Part shown: piece after piece, positions 30,318-55,914 of the stretch
Layout of the letters: each line of letters starts with the position of its first letter
Position numbering within the stretch: position 1 is the stretch's first letter
Origin: Macrostomum hystrix
Lineage: Eukaryota > Animalia > Platyhelminthes
DNA length: 64,000 nt
Assembly: GCA_950097015.1 (NCBI GenBank)
Contig: CATNEN010000001.1
Coordinates: 11,222,001 to 11,286,000 of the forward strand
Direction: 5' to 3'
Position numbers and translations under genes: made by a program
Notes under the pieces: model-generated
Databases searched by the model: none
What the model was told of the DNA's origin: nothing
Seen by the model: only the letters and a program-made list of their open reading frames with translations

Positions 30318-30861
30318 TTTAGACACAAATTTGGCTTCAAATAGACGACAAATTCGGAAACTAATTTGTTCTTGGAATTCACACTTGACAATTGTCTATT
30401 GTAGTCGAATGTTAAAGCTTGGCCATAGACTAAACCGTTAGAAGAATGTATTTCACTGTTAGTCTACGAGTTAGTCGCGAGAACTTAAGAAAAAAATTTG
30501 CTTATGTAATTCGAAGGATTTCGTTCTAATTTACCTGTTGGTCTACTTAAAAATGAGTAATAAAACACCGTTCACACAGGTTTTTACGCAGTCATTAACT
30601 TACTGATGAACTCACGAATCACTCATTCGTGAAATGACTCATAAATTCACAATTTATTTATTTTAAATGTATGAAATGCGCAAAGAGCGACTTTCAACTT
30701 TTTAAGCAAAGCAAAAGTAGCGGATATTAGCATGCAGGTACATACGGGTAAAATACATCGAAGTATCGGCAATATTACATGTAGGAGCGTAGTAATACTA
30801 ATAACTTTGACTTAACACCGGAATAGGTACAGTATAAACTTTAACAAAAAAAGCTGAAAGT

Positions 30862-32638
30862 TTACGACAAAGAAACCTGCAGTTCGCACGCATAGTTCTG
30901 CTGTTCGACTTCATATCGATATCGCATTGGCACACCGCGTCGCGGCTCGCACAGACCGTCTTGGTCCAGACGACCCACCTGTCTCAGCACCACCCGTTGT
31001 CGACTCTTCTGAACGCAGCGCAGCTTGGAATAATTCATAGCCGAGCCGAAATTGACTGGTCTGTCGTGCGAACACAGGCAGCGAGTCTGCACCAGCAATG
31101 GCGGCTCGCGTCTTATGTCGAGATCGTGGAACTCACTAACCGATAGGCAGTACGGATTGCCCTGAGCACTGCTCTCTGGTAGCATCATGTCTGGGCAGGT
31201 TGCATTGTACTGCCTAGTCTTGCTTACAATTATATCACGGGCACGATTCGCGGCCACTTCGTCAAAGCAGAGAACAAGAGCGTCGGGTTCGTCAATGCTT
31301 GGTAGGGACGCAGTCCGTTGACAAGTGATAAGCATCGCCAATAGAAAAACACAAGCTGATGTGCAGATAGGTGCTGAAATCAGTGCGAAATTTAACACCC
31401 CAAAGTCGGAGATTAACTAGACAGTTCTGACAGCCCACAGTCCGAGATTAACTAGACAGTTCTGACACCCCACAGTCAGAGATTAACTAGACAGTTCTGA
31501 CACCCCACAGTCAGAGATTAACTAGACAGTTCTGACACCCCACAGTCAGAGATTAACTAGACAGTTCTGACACCTCACAGTCGGAGATTAACTAGACAGT
31601 TCTGACAGCCCACAGTCGGAGATTAACTAGACAGTTCTGACACCCCACAGCCAGAGATTAACTAGACAGTTCTGACACCTTACAGTCGGAGATTAACTAG
31701 ACAGTTCTGACACCCCACAGTCAGAGATTAACTAGACAGTTCTGACACCCCACAGTCAGAGATTAACTAGACAGTTCTGACACCCCACAGTCAGAGATTA
31801 ACTAGACAGTTCTGACACCTTACAGTCGGAGATTAACTAGACAGTTCTGACACCCCACAGTCAGAGATTAACTAGACAGTTCTGACACCCCACAGTCAGA
31901 GATTAACTAGACAGTTCTGACAGCCCACAGTCGGAGATTAACTAGACAGTTCTGACACCCCACAGTCAGAGATTAACTAGACAGTTCTGACACCCCACAG
32001 TCAGAGATTAACTAGACAGTTCTGACACCCCACAGTCAGAGATTAACTAGACAGTTCTGACACCTCACAGTCGGAGATTAACTAGACAGTTCTGACAGCC
32101 CACAGTCGGAGATTAACTAGACAGTTCTGACACCCCACAGTCAGAGATTAACTAGACAGTTCTGACACCTTACAGTCGGAGATTAACTAGACAGTTCTGA
32201 CACCCCACAGTCAGAGATTAACTAGACAGTTCTGACACCCCACAGTCAGAGATTAACTAGACAGTTCTGACAGCCCACAGTCGGAGATTAACTAGACAGT
32301 TCTGACACCCCACAGTCGGAGATTAACTAGACAGTTCTGACACCTTACAGTCGGAGATTAACTAGACAGTTCTGACACCCCACAGTCAGAGATTAACTAG
32401 ACAGTTCTGACACCCCACAGTCAGAGATTAACTAGACAGTTCTGACACCCCACAGTCAGAGATTAACTAGACAGTTCTGACACCCCACAGTCAGAGATTA
32501 ACTAAACAGTTCTGACACCCCACAGTCGGAGATTAACTAAACAGTTCTGACACCCCACAGTCGGAGATGATTAAGAATGTTTAACCCAGTAGTTGCAGTG
32601 AATGAAAGCAAAAACGACTTACTTGATTCGATCCTCAT
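30862..32638 (-). CDS. Secreted IL-17-like cystine-knot cytokine (2 exons)
   Basis: Exon 1 32638-32623 (ATG AGG ATC GAA TCA A|gtaagt) joins exon 2 31373-30862 (ttcag|CA) in phase 1, giving MRIESTPICTSACVFLLAMLITCQRTAS (signal peptide). TCP, DLDIRREPPLLVQTRCLC, RCVQ..RVVLR, C..YRYEVEQQNYAC follow the IL-17/PTTH/trunk layout. Confidence 0.8.
31398..32568. repeat. 35-bp minisatellite (CACAGTCAGAGATTAACTAGACAGTTCTGACACCC) filling the IL-17-like intron
   Basis: About 33 copies. Confidence 0.97.
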
Positions 32639-32746
32639 TTCTACTAGCACTGCTGAGGGATTTTAGTTGATTCGGACAATTCACTTTAGGAATGCTTAGG
32701 CTCGGGCTTGGAATACGGAATACCAGACATCGACGGGTAGCTCGAA

Positions 32747-32797
32747 TATTTATAGTCAAATTTTATCGGGATTTTTCGACCGTCTCACGGGAATTCC
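32747..32797 (-). promoter_or_regulatory. TATA box plus two kB-like (Rel) sites of the IL-17-like gene
   Basis: TATAAATA on - at 32747-32754, about 110 nt before the ATG; GGGATTTTTC 32768-32777 and GGGAATTCC 32789-32797. Confidence 0.55.
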
Positions 32798-33084
32798 ATG
32801 CAAAAATGGTCTCTGAGAATTAAGAATAGGCATTAGCAGGTGGAGCAGCAATGTATTTCTCTTATCTGCCTGCGGTCAGGTAGGGGGCAGTGAGCTAGTC
32901 AAAGAGTGGTAACTTAGCAACCAAAAATATTTCTAAAAATAAGGAACAGGTCAGAAAGTTTTTAGCAAAGTGGGCGGGGCCGATTAGTTGAAAATTGAGT
33001 AAATTTCTATGTTTTGATTTTGGAAATTCCTTATGTAGTTACAGTTTGAATTTATGATATTGTCTACTGAAGAAGTAGAGCTTC

Positions 33085-33231
33085 ATTCCTGAATATTTTC
33101 CTGAAGTCTGCCTGAATGAGTATGCATAAGGACTGAAGCTTTATTCCTGAATATTTTCCTGAAGTCTGCCTGAATGAATATGCTTAATGACTGAAGGTTT
33201 ATGCCTGAATAATTATCTGAAGTCTACCTGA
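33085..33231. repeat. 58-bp repeat, ~2.5 copies
   Basis: ATTCCTGAATATTTTCCTGAAGTCTGCCTGAATGA at 33085 and 33143, plus a degenerate third copy. Confidence 0.8.
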
Positions 33232-33669
33232 ACTCTAACTGTTTAACTAACAACTGAAGGTTTATGGGCATTCGAAGGAATTAAAGAAAGTAAATTAGGA
33301 GGTCAATTTTTTACGAGAGCGAGCGCAAAACTGAATTCGTATATTACGTTGCTATGACGCACAGAAAAAAACGCGAGGCTCCGGGTTGGAATTATGGCAC
33401 GTCGTCACAAGAGCTAAGAATAACATTTGCTTTGAAGCTTTTCTGAATCAACTTTATCTGAAACTTCCTAACAGCGGGTTAATGCGAGAGCACTCGTGCT
33501 ATGACCTAATGGATAAAATAATGCTGAATAGTTTCATGGAACTAAACAGAGAAGGATTACTAGCCGTAGTACTATTAGTAGTAGTAGTAGAATCCACACT
33601 ATATGGGATTATCGAAAACTCGCTAAAGAATTAAAAAATCTGAGTAAATGATAATCAAATGGTTCAGTA

Positions 33670-34350
33670 AATTATTAACAAATCCTCACATGAAGGATTA
33701 TAAAATCCTCACTAAAAGATAACCGAATCCTCACTTAAAAGGACTACCAAATCCTCACATTAAGTTACTACGAATCGTCAATTGAAAGATTACTAAATCC
33801 TCAAAACTGATTACTAAATCTTCAAAAATGATTACCAAATCCTCAAAAAAGATTACTAAATCCTCAAAAATCATTACCAAATCCTCAAAAATCATTACCA
33901 AATCCTCAAAAAAATTACTAAATCTTCAAAAATGATTACAAAATCCTCAAAAATGATTACTAAATCTTCATAAATGATTACCAAATCCTCAAAAATGATT
34001 ACCAAATCCTCAAAAATCATTACCAAATCTTCAAAAATCATTACCAAATCCTCAAAAATGATTACCAAATCCTCAAAAATGATTACCAAATCCTCAAAAA
34101 TGATTACCAAATCCTCAAAAATGATTACCAAATCCTCAAAAATGATTGCCAAATCCTCAAAAATGATTACCAAATCCTCAAAAATCATTACCAAATCCTC
34201 AAAAAGTGAGGGATAATCAAATAATTACGAAATCGTCAGTAAAGAATTATCGAATCCTCACTTAAAGGACAATAAAATACTCACTCGTAGACTCATCAGA
34301 TCCCTAAAAAGGGATTAAAGAATCCTCACCGGAAGGATTACTAAATCCTT
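33670..34350. repeat. 21-bp minisatellite (AAATCCTCAAAAATGATTACC) with degenerate flanks
   Basis: Homogeneous core 33790-34205. Confidence 0.9.
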
Positions 34351-34925
34351 ACTCAATCTCTGGAGCAACTGGGGCCACCCAGCCTACTGTCAGGTAGCTT
34401 CCTAGCAGAGTTAAACCAATTGAACAACTCGACCTTTCATCTTCTCTCCCGTATTCGCTGGCACAGATTGGCTTGGCCAGTTCCGAAGTGCTTGAGCGAG
34501 CGGTCCTTGAGGGGCAGGGTTAATACATTCGATAGGAATCGAGCCTAGATAGTGAGCAGACTGAAGAAACAGAAAAAAAAACACAGAAAAAAGGCTGCTC
34601 AACCTGCTCAAAGATCTGCTTCTTTTAGTCGTGCATTTGAGCTGTTGCGATAACAGTGCATCGGGTTTAGTCTGACTGGCTGTGTCCTGCGCCCCCACTA
34701 TCTCGATCAACTTTAATTAGACCCGAAAAAACTCGCAAACGGCGCTTGGCATCGACTGAGCAGCAATACTGTAATAAAAGTCTGCGAAGATTTTTTTTCT
34801 GCTACGGCCTAGTTTTCAGAATTTATGAGTTAAGAATAATTCTGCGCTGTGTAGAAGTTGGAAAACCCGTTTCGACTGTTCAGACTGTTTTTCCTGTTCT
34901 TCAGCTTCTGTATCTCAGTGTCAGA

Positions 34926-38944
<4,019 letters not shown>

Positions 38945-40266
38945 TAAGAAGCTTAACTATTAGCAGTATAGAAAGACGACTCAAAGGCGAATGTATATAT
39001 TGGTTCAGAAAAAAATGAACAATATAATCAATACAAAAGATAGTAAACAATGTTTGCTTGGTGAAATTTTGACGATGCCGATGTTTAGTGATCCTAGAGG
39101 TTGTTTAATCGGGTAGAGCAGAAAATTTTAGGTCGTGTTATGAAATTTTATGGCGATAGGTTGAATATTTTGAAGGTACAGAAAATTTGGGTTATTGAAA
39201 TAGGCCCTGGTCTTTGTACTGTTAAATAAACCAAGTTTTCATAAATAAAAAGCGAATAAATATAATACAAGTATAACTAAGGTAACATTGAAGCATTGCT
39301 GTACTGTACCAAATTTTGTTGGTAATTAAACTTGTTACTATTCCGCTTTTGAGTTGGAAAATTTAGACTTCAAACGTTTTTTGAAGGCTTAGAAATTAAA
39401 CAGGCTAGAAAACTATAAAGCTTATTTTCTCGAAAAAATAGTTCTCACACTTAGTAATATTGAGAACAAATTTCCTGAATTTATTTGTCTTCTCGCAGTA
39501 GAAAAATAAGATCAATAGGAAAATGGCACAAAAATACGGAATATATTTCCATTTGAAAATCATTTTACAGTGAGGTTCTCGAGAGACTTTAGCAATCGGA
39601 TGCGATTTTGAAAACATTTGAAAATCATAAACACGCAATGGTACTACTGCCGAGTAGAGAGTAGTGTCAAGGGTGCCAAAGTAGACTTTGTATGAAAATT
39701 AGTTTCTGGTAGTAATTTAGAATATTTAAACATTTTATGAGCAAATATTAGTTCTTGGTTTTGTTCTGATTTCTGTAAAATACTTCTGTACTGAATGTAG
39801 TCTATACTCGGAGAAAAATATACATATAAACGTATAAGTCATATTCAAGATACTAAAAACGAAACATTTTATTGCACATTATGTCATTAATGATGTCATT
39901 ATCATTAAATATTATCAATGGACTGTTCTGTTTAGAATTGAATTTTGTTGCTTAAAGATTGACACAAAAAACATCTAACAATTTACCACGTTTCTGCTCC
40001 AAGAACACTACACATAACACAACGACAGAAAGACACAGATCTTAAAAAGCAGCAAACAGTTTCAAAGCGAATCAAAGCAAAAATCTATCGGTTAAAATAA
40101 ACAAATATATATTATCGGCTATTTTTGACACGACATAAAAAAATAAAAATTATCAAACAACTCTAGTAAAAGGCATTGATTTTTGTATTGAAAATTACAC
40201 TTGAATCAAAGAGTGCATTTGCCACAGAGATTTTAATATAACGAGAGTACTTCTGACTCATTATAG

Positions 40267-48786
<8,520 letters not shown>

Positions 48787-48984
48787 TTGACTAGATATTG
48801 CTGGCCCACATTTTAACTTTATTTACTAATAGTTTAATCCCCAGTGATTTCGATGGGGAAAACAGTTTCAGCTATCTAAGTTGTCTGGCTTGCTAAGGGG
48901 TAATATTTTCCGCTAGGAGAAAATATTTTGTAACATTGCCTATCCAGGGGACGGGGGATTTGGGATTTAGGAGTTTAGGAAACG

Positions 48985-51468
48985 TGTCCATCTGAGCCAA
49001 TGCCGCAACGCCTCATCAGTGGATGAACCTCTTCATCCTGCAGGCTTTTTGCCAGAAGTTTAGGAAAGGAACCCGCATATTCCCTCTTTTAGAAGAGAGA
49101 GAGAGATGGAGGCATGGGTGATGGGAGATGTGTGACAAATACCTGCAATTGTACATGCCTGTCTCTATCTGAATAGCGAATGTCCATGGCAACAGGCGGT
49201 GGGGATGGGAATCGATGGGATGCGATATTTGCTTCATCGGCGAGAAATGAAACATTGGACTCAGACAAGAGCTTGAGTTTCAATTGCCAAATAAAGCATA
49301 GCTAGATTTTATGATGCCTTTAATTAAAAAACTCTACAGGAATCTAGACACACAGATTCGGTCATACTGTAATCTAGACACACAGATTCGGTCATAATGT
49401 AATCCAGACACACAGATTCGGTCATACTGTAATCTAGACACACAGATTCGGTCATACTGTAATCTAGACACACAGATTCGGTCATACTGTAATCTAGACG
49501 CACAGATTCGATCATACTGTAATCTAGACACACAGATTCGGTCATACTGTAATCTAGACACACAGATTCGGTCATACTGTAATCTAGACACACAGATTCA
49601 GTCATACTGTAATCTAGACACACAGATTCAGTCATACTGTAATCTAGACACACAGATTCGGTCATACTGTAATCTAGACACACAGATTCTGTCATACTGT
49701 AATCTAGACACACAGATTCGGTCATACTGTAATCTAGACACACAGATTCGGTCATACTGTAATCTAGACACACAGATTCGGTCATACTGTAATCCAGACA
49801 CACAGATTCGGTCATACTGTAATCTAGACACACAGATTCGGTCATACTGTAATCTAGACACACAGATTCGGTCATACTGTAATCTAGACACACAGATTCG
49901 GTCATACTGTAATCTAGACACACAGATTCAGTCATACTGTAATCTAGACACACAGATTCGGTCATACTGTAATCTAGACACACAGATTCTGTCATACTGT
50001 AATCTAGACACACAGATTCGGTCATACTGTAATCCAGACGCACAGATTCGGTCATACTGTAATCTAGACACACAGATTCGGTCATACTGTAATCTAGACA
50101 CACAGATTCGGTCATACTGTAATCTAGACACACAGATTCGGTCATACTGTAATCTAGACACACAGATTCGGTCATACTGTAATCTAGACACACAGATTCA
50201 GTCATACTGTAATCCAGACACATAGATTTGGTCATACTGTAATCTAGACACACAGATTCGGTCATACTGTAATCTAGACACACAGATTCGGTCATACTGT
50301 AATCTAGACACACAGATTCGGTCATACTGTAATCTAGACACACAGATTCGGTCATACTGTAATCTAGACACACAGATTCAGTCATACTGTAATCCAGACA
50401 CATAGATTTGGTCATACTGTAATCTAGACACACAGATTCGGTCATACTGTAATCTAGACACACAGATTCGGTCATACTGTAATCTAGACACACAGATTCG
50501 GTCATACTGTAATCTAGACACACAGATTCAGTCATACTTCATTTTCTACATCGTGAACATTTTGACAGCATCAGGCTCTAGCCATTCTGAAGAGTCAGAA
50601 AGTACTTTTAGCAAGGCGGGGCAGTCACTGTTCAGCTATCTTTAGATCCTTTGAAAACAGAAAAGTGAAGGCGCAATTGTCCTGCCAATATTGATTGACT
50701 GGGACTTCAACAAAGGCAGTTTTTACTAGTGTGGAGTGAAATAGTTACTTGTCTTTTAGACAGAAACTTCATTCTTTATTATCTTTCTGTATCTATTGCT
50801 CTGTTCATCTTACACAGTCTTATTTGTCTTCTGCGTCAATCTTGCACTATCTCATCTTTTTTCTCTGCTTAAATCTCGCTAATCTATTTCCTTTATCACT
50901 TTTCATTCTCACCATATCAGTATGTTTATTTCTGCATCAATATCATTGAATATCTCTCTAGTAGTTCTGTATCAATCTCATAGGATCAATCACTGTAGTT
51001 CTGTATCAATCTCACAGGATTAATCTCTCTAGTTCTGTATCAATCTCACAGGATCTATCTCTCTAGTTCTATATCAATCTCACAGGATCTATCTCTCTAG
51101 TTCTATATCAATCTCACAGGATCTATCTCTCTAGTTCTGTATCAATCTCACAGGATCTATCTCTCTAGTTCTATATCAATCTGACAGGATCTATCTCTCT
51201 AGTTTTATATCAATCTCATAGAATATGTCTTTCTAGTTTTGCATCAATCGCATTGTATTAAATGCTTTATTTTTATATCAATTTCATAACATCAATCTCT
51301 GTTTCTTTATCAATCTCACTTATCAATCTCTACTATTAGCGCATCAATCTCATCCGTGAATCATAGTATTTCTCTCACCTTTTGTCTCTTCAACGGTTGC
51401 CTAGCCGACACCAACTGATGCGACAGCTGAGGATGTCGCAAATTTCTGTCGGTAAACTCGCGCAACAT
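48985..51468 (-). CDS. Possible additional/alternative 5' exons of DYRK4
   Basis: 51468-51379 MLREFTDRNLRHPQLSHQLVSARQPLKRQK|gtgag (phase 0); ~49271-49143 LLSESNVSF...HVQLQ|gtattt; ~49085-48985 REYAGSFPKLL... Junction to exon 48786 not resolved. Confidence 0.35.
49341..50537. repeat. 30-bp minisatellite (GTCATACTGTAATCTAGACACACAGATTCG)
   Basis: About 40 near-identical copies. Confidence 0.97.
50962..51350. repeat. 34-bp minisatellite (ATCAATCTCACAGGATCTATCTCTCTAGTTCTAT)
   Basis: About 8 good copies plus degenerate flank. Confidence 0.85.
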
Positions 51469-52410
51469 TCTCCTACGTTCAGCTTATTGTCTATGGTCCA
51501 ACCTGTTCGAAGGGTAAGCTGCTTGATTGATAATGCGAAGCCATTGTTAGTTTCTGTATATTAACAGTATATTTCTATCAATCTAGATTTTAAATATAGA
51601 TGTAGGATCAATTAGGTTAACGGTTTAAAGAACCTTATCTTCTGCTTTTTTTTATTTAATATTTCTCTCTCTCTTTTTTATGTCTCTCTTTTTTCTGTCT
51701 TTTTATCTCTGCTTTTTTCTTCCAGGTCCCATCACCTGCTGGGGTGGAATCCGAACTCACTGTTCATTATTTGGTTTTCGCTCTGCTTTGTCTAACAATT
51801 TTAAGTGGCTTTCAGCTAGGAAATATGCAATTAGCAGCATATAAGGTTGAGAGTCAATGCAAACTGTGTTTTTCTATTTGTTTCTTGCACAACCTACACA
51901 GACGTATACTGCAGGCTTCTCTTGTAGATAAATAGACAGAAAACTAGACTACGATTAGTCAATTGTATTTTTTTGGCGAAGAAACAACATTAACATCAAC
52001 ACAAACTTGTTCGTGTATTCAAATTTGAAGCGATTATTGTTGCAGTAGACTAATAGACTGAAAACCGTTAATTCCAGATTCTGTAATTCTTTGTAAGAAA
52101 TAAAAATTATGATCGTCAGTAACTACAGCTGAGAGAGGCATTGTTAATTGACAGCAATAAAAACTGATACAGCGAGACAATGGTCCACTGCCTGAGTAGT
52201 TTTTTGGAAACCCTTAAGGTGGGAGGTGCTCTCAAAACAGCTACTCAACGATTCTCACGATATCTCTATTCAGCATTCGTATTGTCTGAATTTCGCTGCC
52301 TTGCCAAAGTGCTGCGAATTCAAAATAAGCGTTCTCTAACACGTTAATCGGACGGTAATATTTTAAACTAAGTAATTGAAATCTTGACAAGAACTTAATC
52401 AGGCAGCTGC

Positions 52411-53050
52411 GAGATGAGACACGGGAGAGAGATGAGACACGGGAGAGATGAGACAAGGGAGAGATGAGACACGGGAGAGAGATGAGACACGGGAGAGATG
52501 AGACACGGGAGAGATGAGACACGGGAGAGATGAGACACGGGAGAGATGAGACATGGGAGAGATGAGAAACGGGAGAGATGAGACATGGGAGAGATGAGAC
52601 ACGGGAGAGATGAGACATGGGAGAGAGATGAGACACGGGAGAGATAAGACACGGGAGAGAGATGAGACACGGGAGAGATGAGACACGGGAGAGATGAGAC
52701 ACGGGAGAGATGAGACACAGGAGAGATGAGACATGGGAGAGATGAGACATGGGAGAGATGAGGCATTGGAGAGAGATGAGACACGTGAGCGATAAGACGT
52801 GGGAGAGATGAGACACGGGAGAGATGAGACACGGGAGAGATGAGACATGGGAGAGAGATGAGACATGGGAGAGAGATGAGACATGGGAGAGAGATGAGAC
52901 ATGGGAGAGGGATGAGACATGGGAGAGAGATGAGACATGGGAGAGGTGAGACACGGGAGAGATGAGACACGGGAGAGATGAGACACGGGAGAGATGAGGC
53001 ATTGGAGAGAGATGAGACACGTGAGAGATAAGACGTGGGAGAGATGAGAC
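52411..53050. repeat. 16/18-bp purine-rich repeat (GAGATGAGACACGGGA)
   Basis: About 38 copies. Confidence 0.95.
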
Positions 53051-53694
53051 AGCGATAGACCGGTACCATGAGTGCAGAATGCATTGGAAGCAGAAAATTG
53101 TAGAAAGCACTAATAAAATAAGCCTAATTAAAGTCTCAAAGACTGACAATAGGTAGACAATAACGAGGTGAATGACGCAAACGACTGTTATAGATCTCAA
53201 TAGAGTGTTTAGCCTAAGCCCACTTATAAACTCAACTATGTTAGTTGATGTGCGAAGAAAATTTACAAAGGTGCATGAGTAGATAGAAGCAGCTAGTGCC
53301 ATTTCTGCACGCACCCTGTCAAAACACACATTCTGAAGAAAAACTCATAGAGCAGTGTGTGTGTGTGTCTGCGTGTGAGCTGTTTTTCTAGCATAGAGCT
53401 CCAGCAGTTATAGACGACTTGCTTTTTTAGCTCGTCAGTATGAAATCCAACATTCTGACAGCTTTGAATAAAGAAGTAAATTTCTGCACTCAGGCAGCTG
53501 ACAAAATGCTGTTTGCTGCCCTATTAGTACAATGGTACTTAAAATCTTACTGTTCTAACTATTTTGATTGCAGATCCGAAGAAATAATCTTAATAGAAGA
53601 ATTGTTAAAGAGAGCAAGGATTTGAATAAAAGGATAAAGGAGCTTCTAAGATTGGGAGAAAGGGGATTTAGACTTAGTAAAATATATTTAAATT

Positions 53695-54445
53695 GAAATC
53701 TTGGGATTTTAGGATCTTGGGATTTTGCGATTTTGGCAACTTGGGATTTTGCGATTTTAGCAATTTGGGATTTCGGGATTTTGGGATCTTGGGATCTCGT
53801 TATTTTGGGATCTTGGAATCTTGGGACTTTGGGACCTTGGGATTTTGGGAACTTGGGATCTTGGGATCTTGGAATCTTAGGATCTCGGGATTTTGTAATA
53901 TCTGTATTTTGGGATCTTGGGATTTCGGGATCTTTGGATTTTGGGATCTTGTGATTCTAGGGTCTTGGGATTTTGGAATCTTGGTCTTTGGGATCTTGGG
54001 AGTTTGGGATCTTGGGAGTTTGGGATCTTGGGAGTTTGGGATCTTGGGAGTTTGGGATCTTGGGAGTTTGGGATCTTGGGAGTTTGGGATCTTGGGAGTT
54101 TGGGATCTTGGGAGTTTGGGATCTTGGGAGTTTGGGATCTTGGGAGTTTGGGATCTTGGGAGTTTGGGATCTTGAGACTTTAGGATCTTGGGATTTTGTG
54201 ACCTTGGGGTTTCGGGATCTTGGGATCTTTGGATCTTGGGATCTTGGGATTCTAGGGTCTTGGGATTTTGAAATCTTTGTTTTTGGGATCTTGGGATTTC
54301 GGGATCTTGGGATTTTGTGACCTTGGGATTTCGGGATCTTGGGATCTTGGGATCTTTGGATCTTGGGATCTTGGGATTTCGGGATCTTGGGGTTTTGGGA
54401 TCTTGGGATTTTGGGATCTTGGGATTTTGGGATCTTGGGATTTTA
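53695..54445. repeat. 8/16-bp repeat (TTGGGATC / TGGGATCTTGGGAGTT)
   Basis: Homogeneous 16-mer core 53990-54175. Confidence 0.9.
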
Positions 54446-54935
54446 AGATCTAGGAACTCATTAATTTTGGGATTTAGATCGTGAGCTCAAAAGTGGAATA
54501 GATTGGACTATAGAATGAAAATCGAAGTGTACATCAAAGCGAGCCGACAAAACCACGTAGACAGTCCATGCCAGTAATTATGAGATAAAACTACTGATTG
54601 ACTGCTCTTGGAAGTGCGTATTTTCGGCACGCGCGTCCTTCAGCCGCTAACAAAGTCCAATTCGAGTATTTATCTGGCTATTGTCTGTTGATCTCCATCT
54701 ATTGTTTGATTCACAAAGCCAAAAATTTGTTGCAACGATCACGCACTGCAAATACTTTAGAATGCAGTATAACAATGGGGGCATTGAAGTCGGCCGATCT
54801 TTTCAATTCCAGTTTGCATTCTTCATTCTCATTGTTCTGCATGGCTGATTCTTTAGATCAAGAACAATAACTAGTCTGTCAATCATTCTTCCTTGCATTT
54901 TGTCTGAATATTTCGATTACTGATTCTTTTAGGTG

Positions 54936-55032
54936 TTTGTGTGCCTGTCTGTCGGTCTGTCTGCCTGTCTGCCTGTCTGTCTGTCTGTCTGCCTGTCTGT
55001 CTGTCTGTCTGCCTGTCTGCCTGTCTGTCTGC

Positions 55033-55066
<34 letters not shown>

Positions 55067-55126
55067 GTCTGTCTGTCTGTCTGTCTGCCTGTCTGTCTGT
55101 CTGTCTGTCTGTCTGCCTGTCTGTCC

Positions 55127-55178
<52 letters not shown>

Positions 55179-55238
55179 GCCTGCCTGTCTGCCTGTCTGT
55201 CTGCCTGTCTGTCTGTCTGCCTGCCTGTCTGTCTGTCC

Positions 55239-55284
<46 letters not shown>

Positions 55285-55313
55285 CTGTCTGTCTGTCTGT
55301 CTGCCTGCCTGCC

Positions 55314-55398
<85 letters not shown>

Positions 55399-55415
55399 GT
55401 CTGTCTGTCTGTCTG
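54936..55415 (+). repeat. (CTGT)n microsatellite
   Basis: Direct observation. Confidence 0.95.
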
Positions 55416-55914
55416 TATCTAAGTTGGTTTCATTAGAATTCGAGGAACAGTTTTTCTGTTATAATATTTCCCAAAACTCTGAACGGAACTGTGAATCGCC
55501 AAATCCCCAAATAAAGTCATCCCAACAATGGCACGCGCAGCAGCGAAGTACGAGGGTATATTGAATTATGAATGCGCACAACTTTACCTAAGAATAATAG
55601 AAATCATTGCTAATTCAATCGCAATCCCAGTGTTAGATTCTCTGAAATACCCGGGCGGCTTCATCAACCGCAGGCCACTGAATCTGAAAGCCCAGCGTAA
55701 AAACGAGCATCCCAGTTTTCCGGCTTGTCTAATCAAATAAACAAAAAATGTTGCGTGGGTGGACACAATGCGAAAACTCCGCAACAAAGAACAGCCTTGA
55801 CACACACTTATACAAGCCTAATGTAGTCGAAGGAAATCAAATTAATAATTCACTTACTATTGTCGGCAATTACATGTTTGACTCCAGAACGCAATCTGAC
55901 CAGAACAAACGAGA

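Noticed and set aside
30589-30642. Type III hammerhead-like AGTCATT..CTGATGA..GAAATGACT
   Set aside because: Helix III can pair but helix I cannot form, and the TCACGAAT/ATTCGTGA hairpin sequesters the GAAA; single copy.
53695-54445. Telomeric repeat
   Set aside because: Unit is TTGGGATC/TTGGGAGT, not TTAGGG; it is internal and degenerate.
54710-55810. Short minus-strand ORFs (MQNNENEECKLELKRSADF..., 55584..55805) as exons or a neuropeptide
   Set aside because: No recognisable domain and no consistent splice chain could be built.
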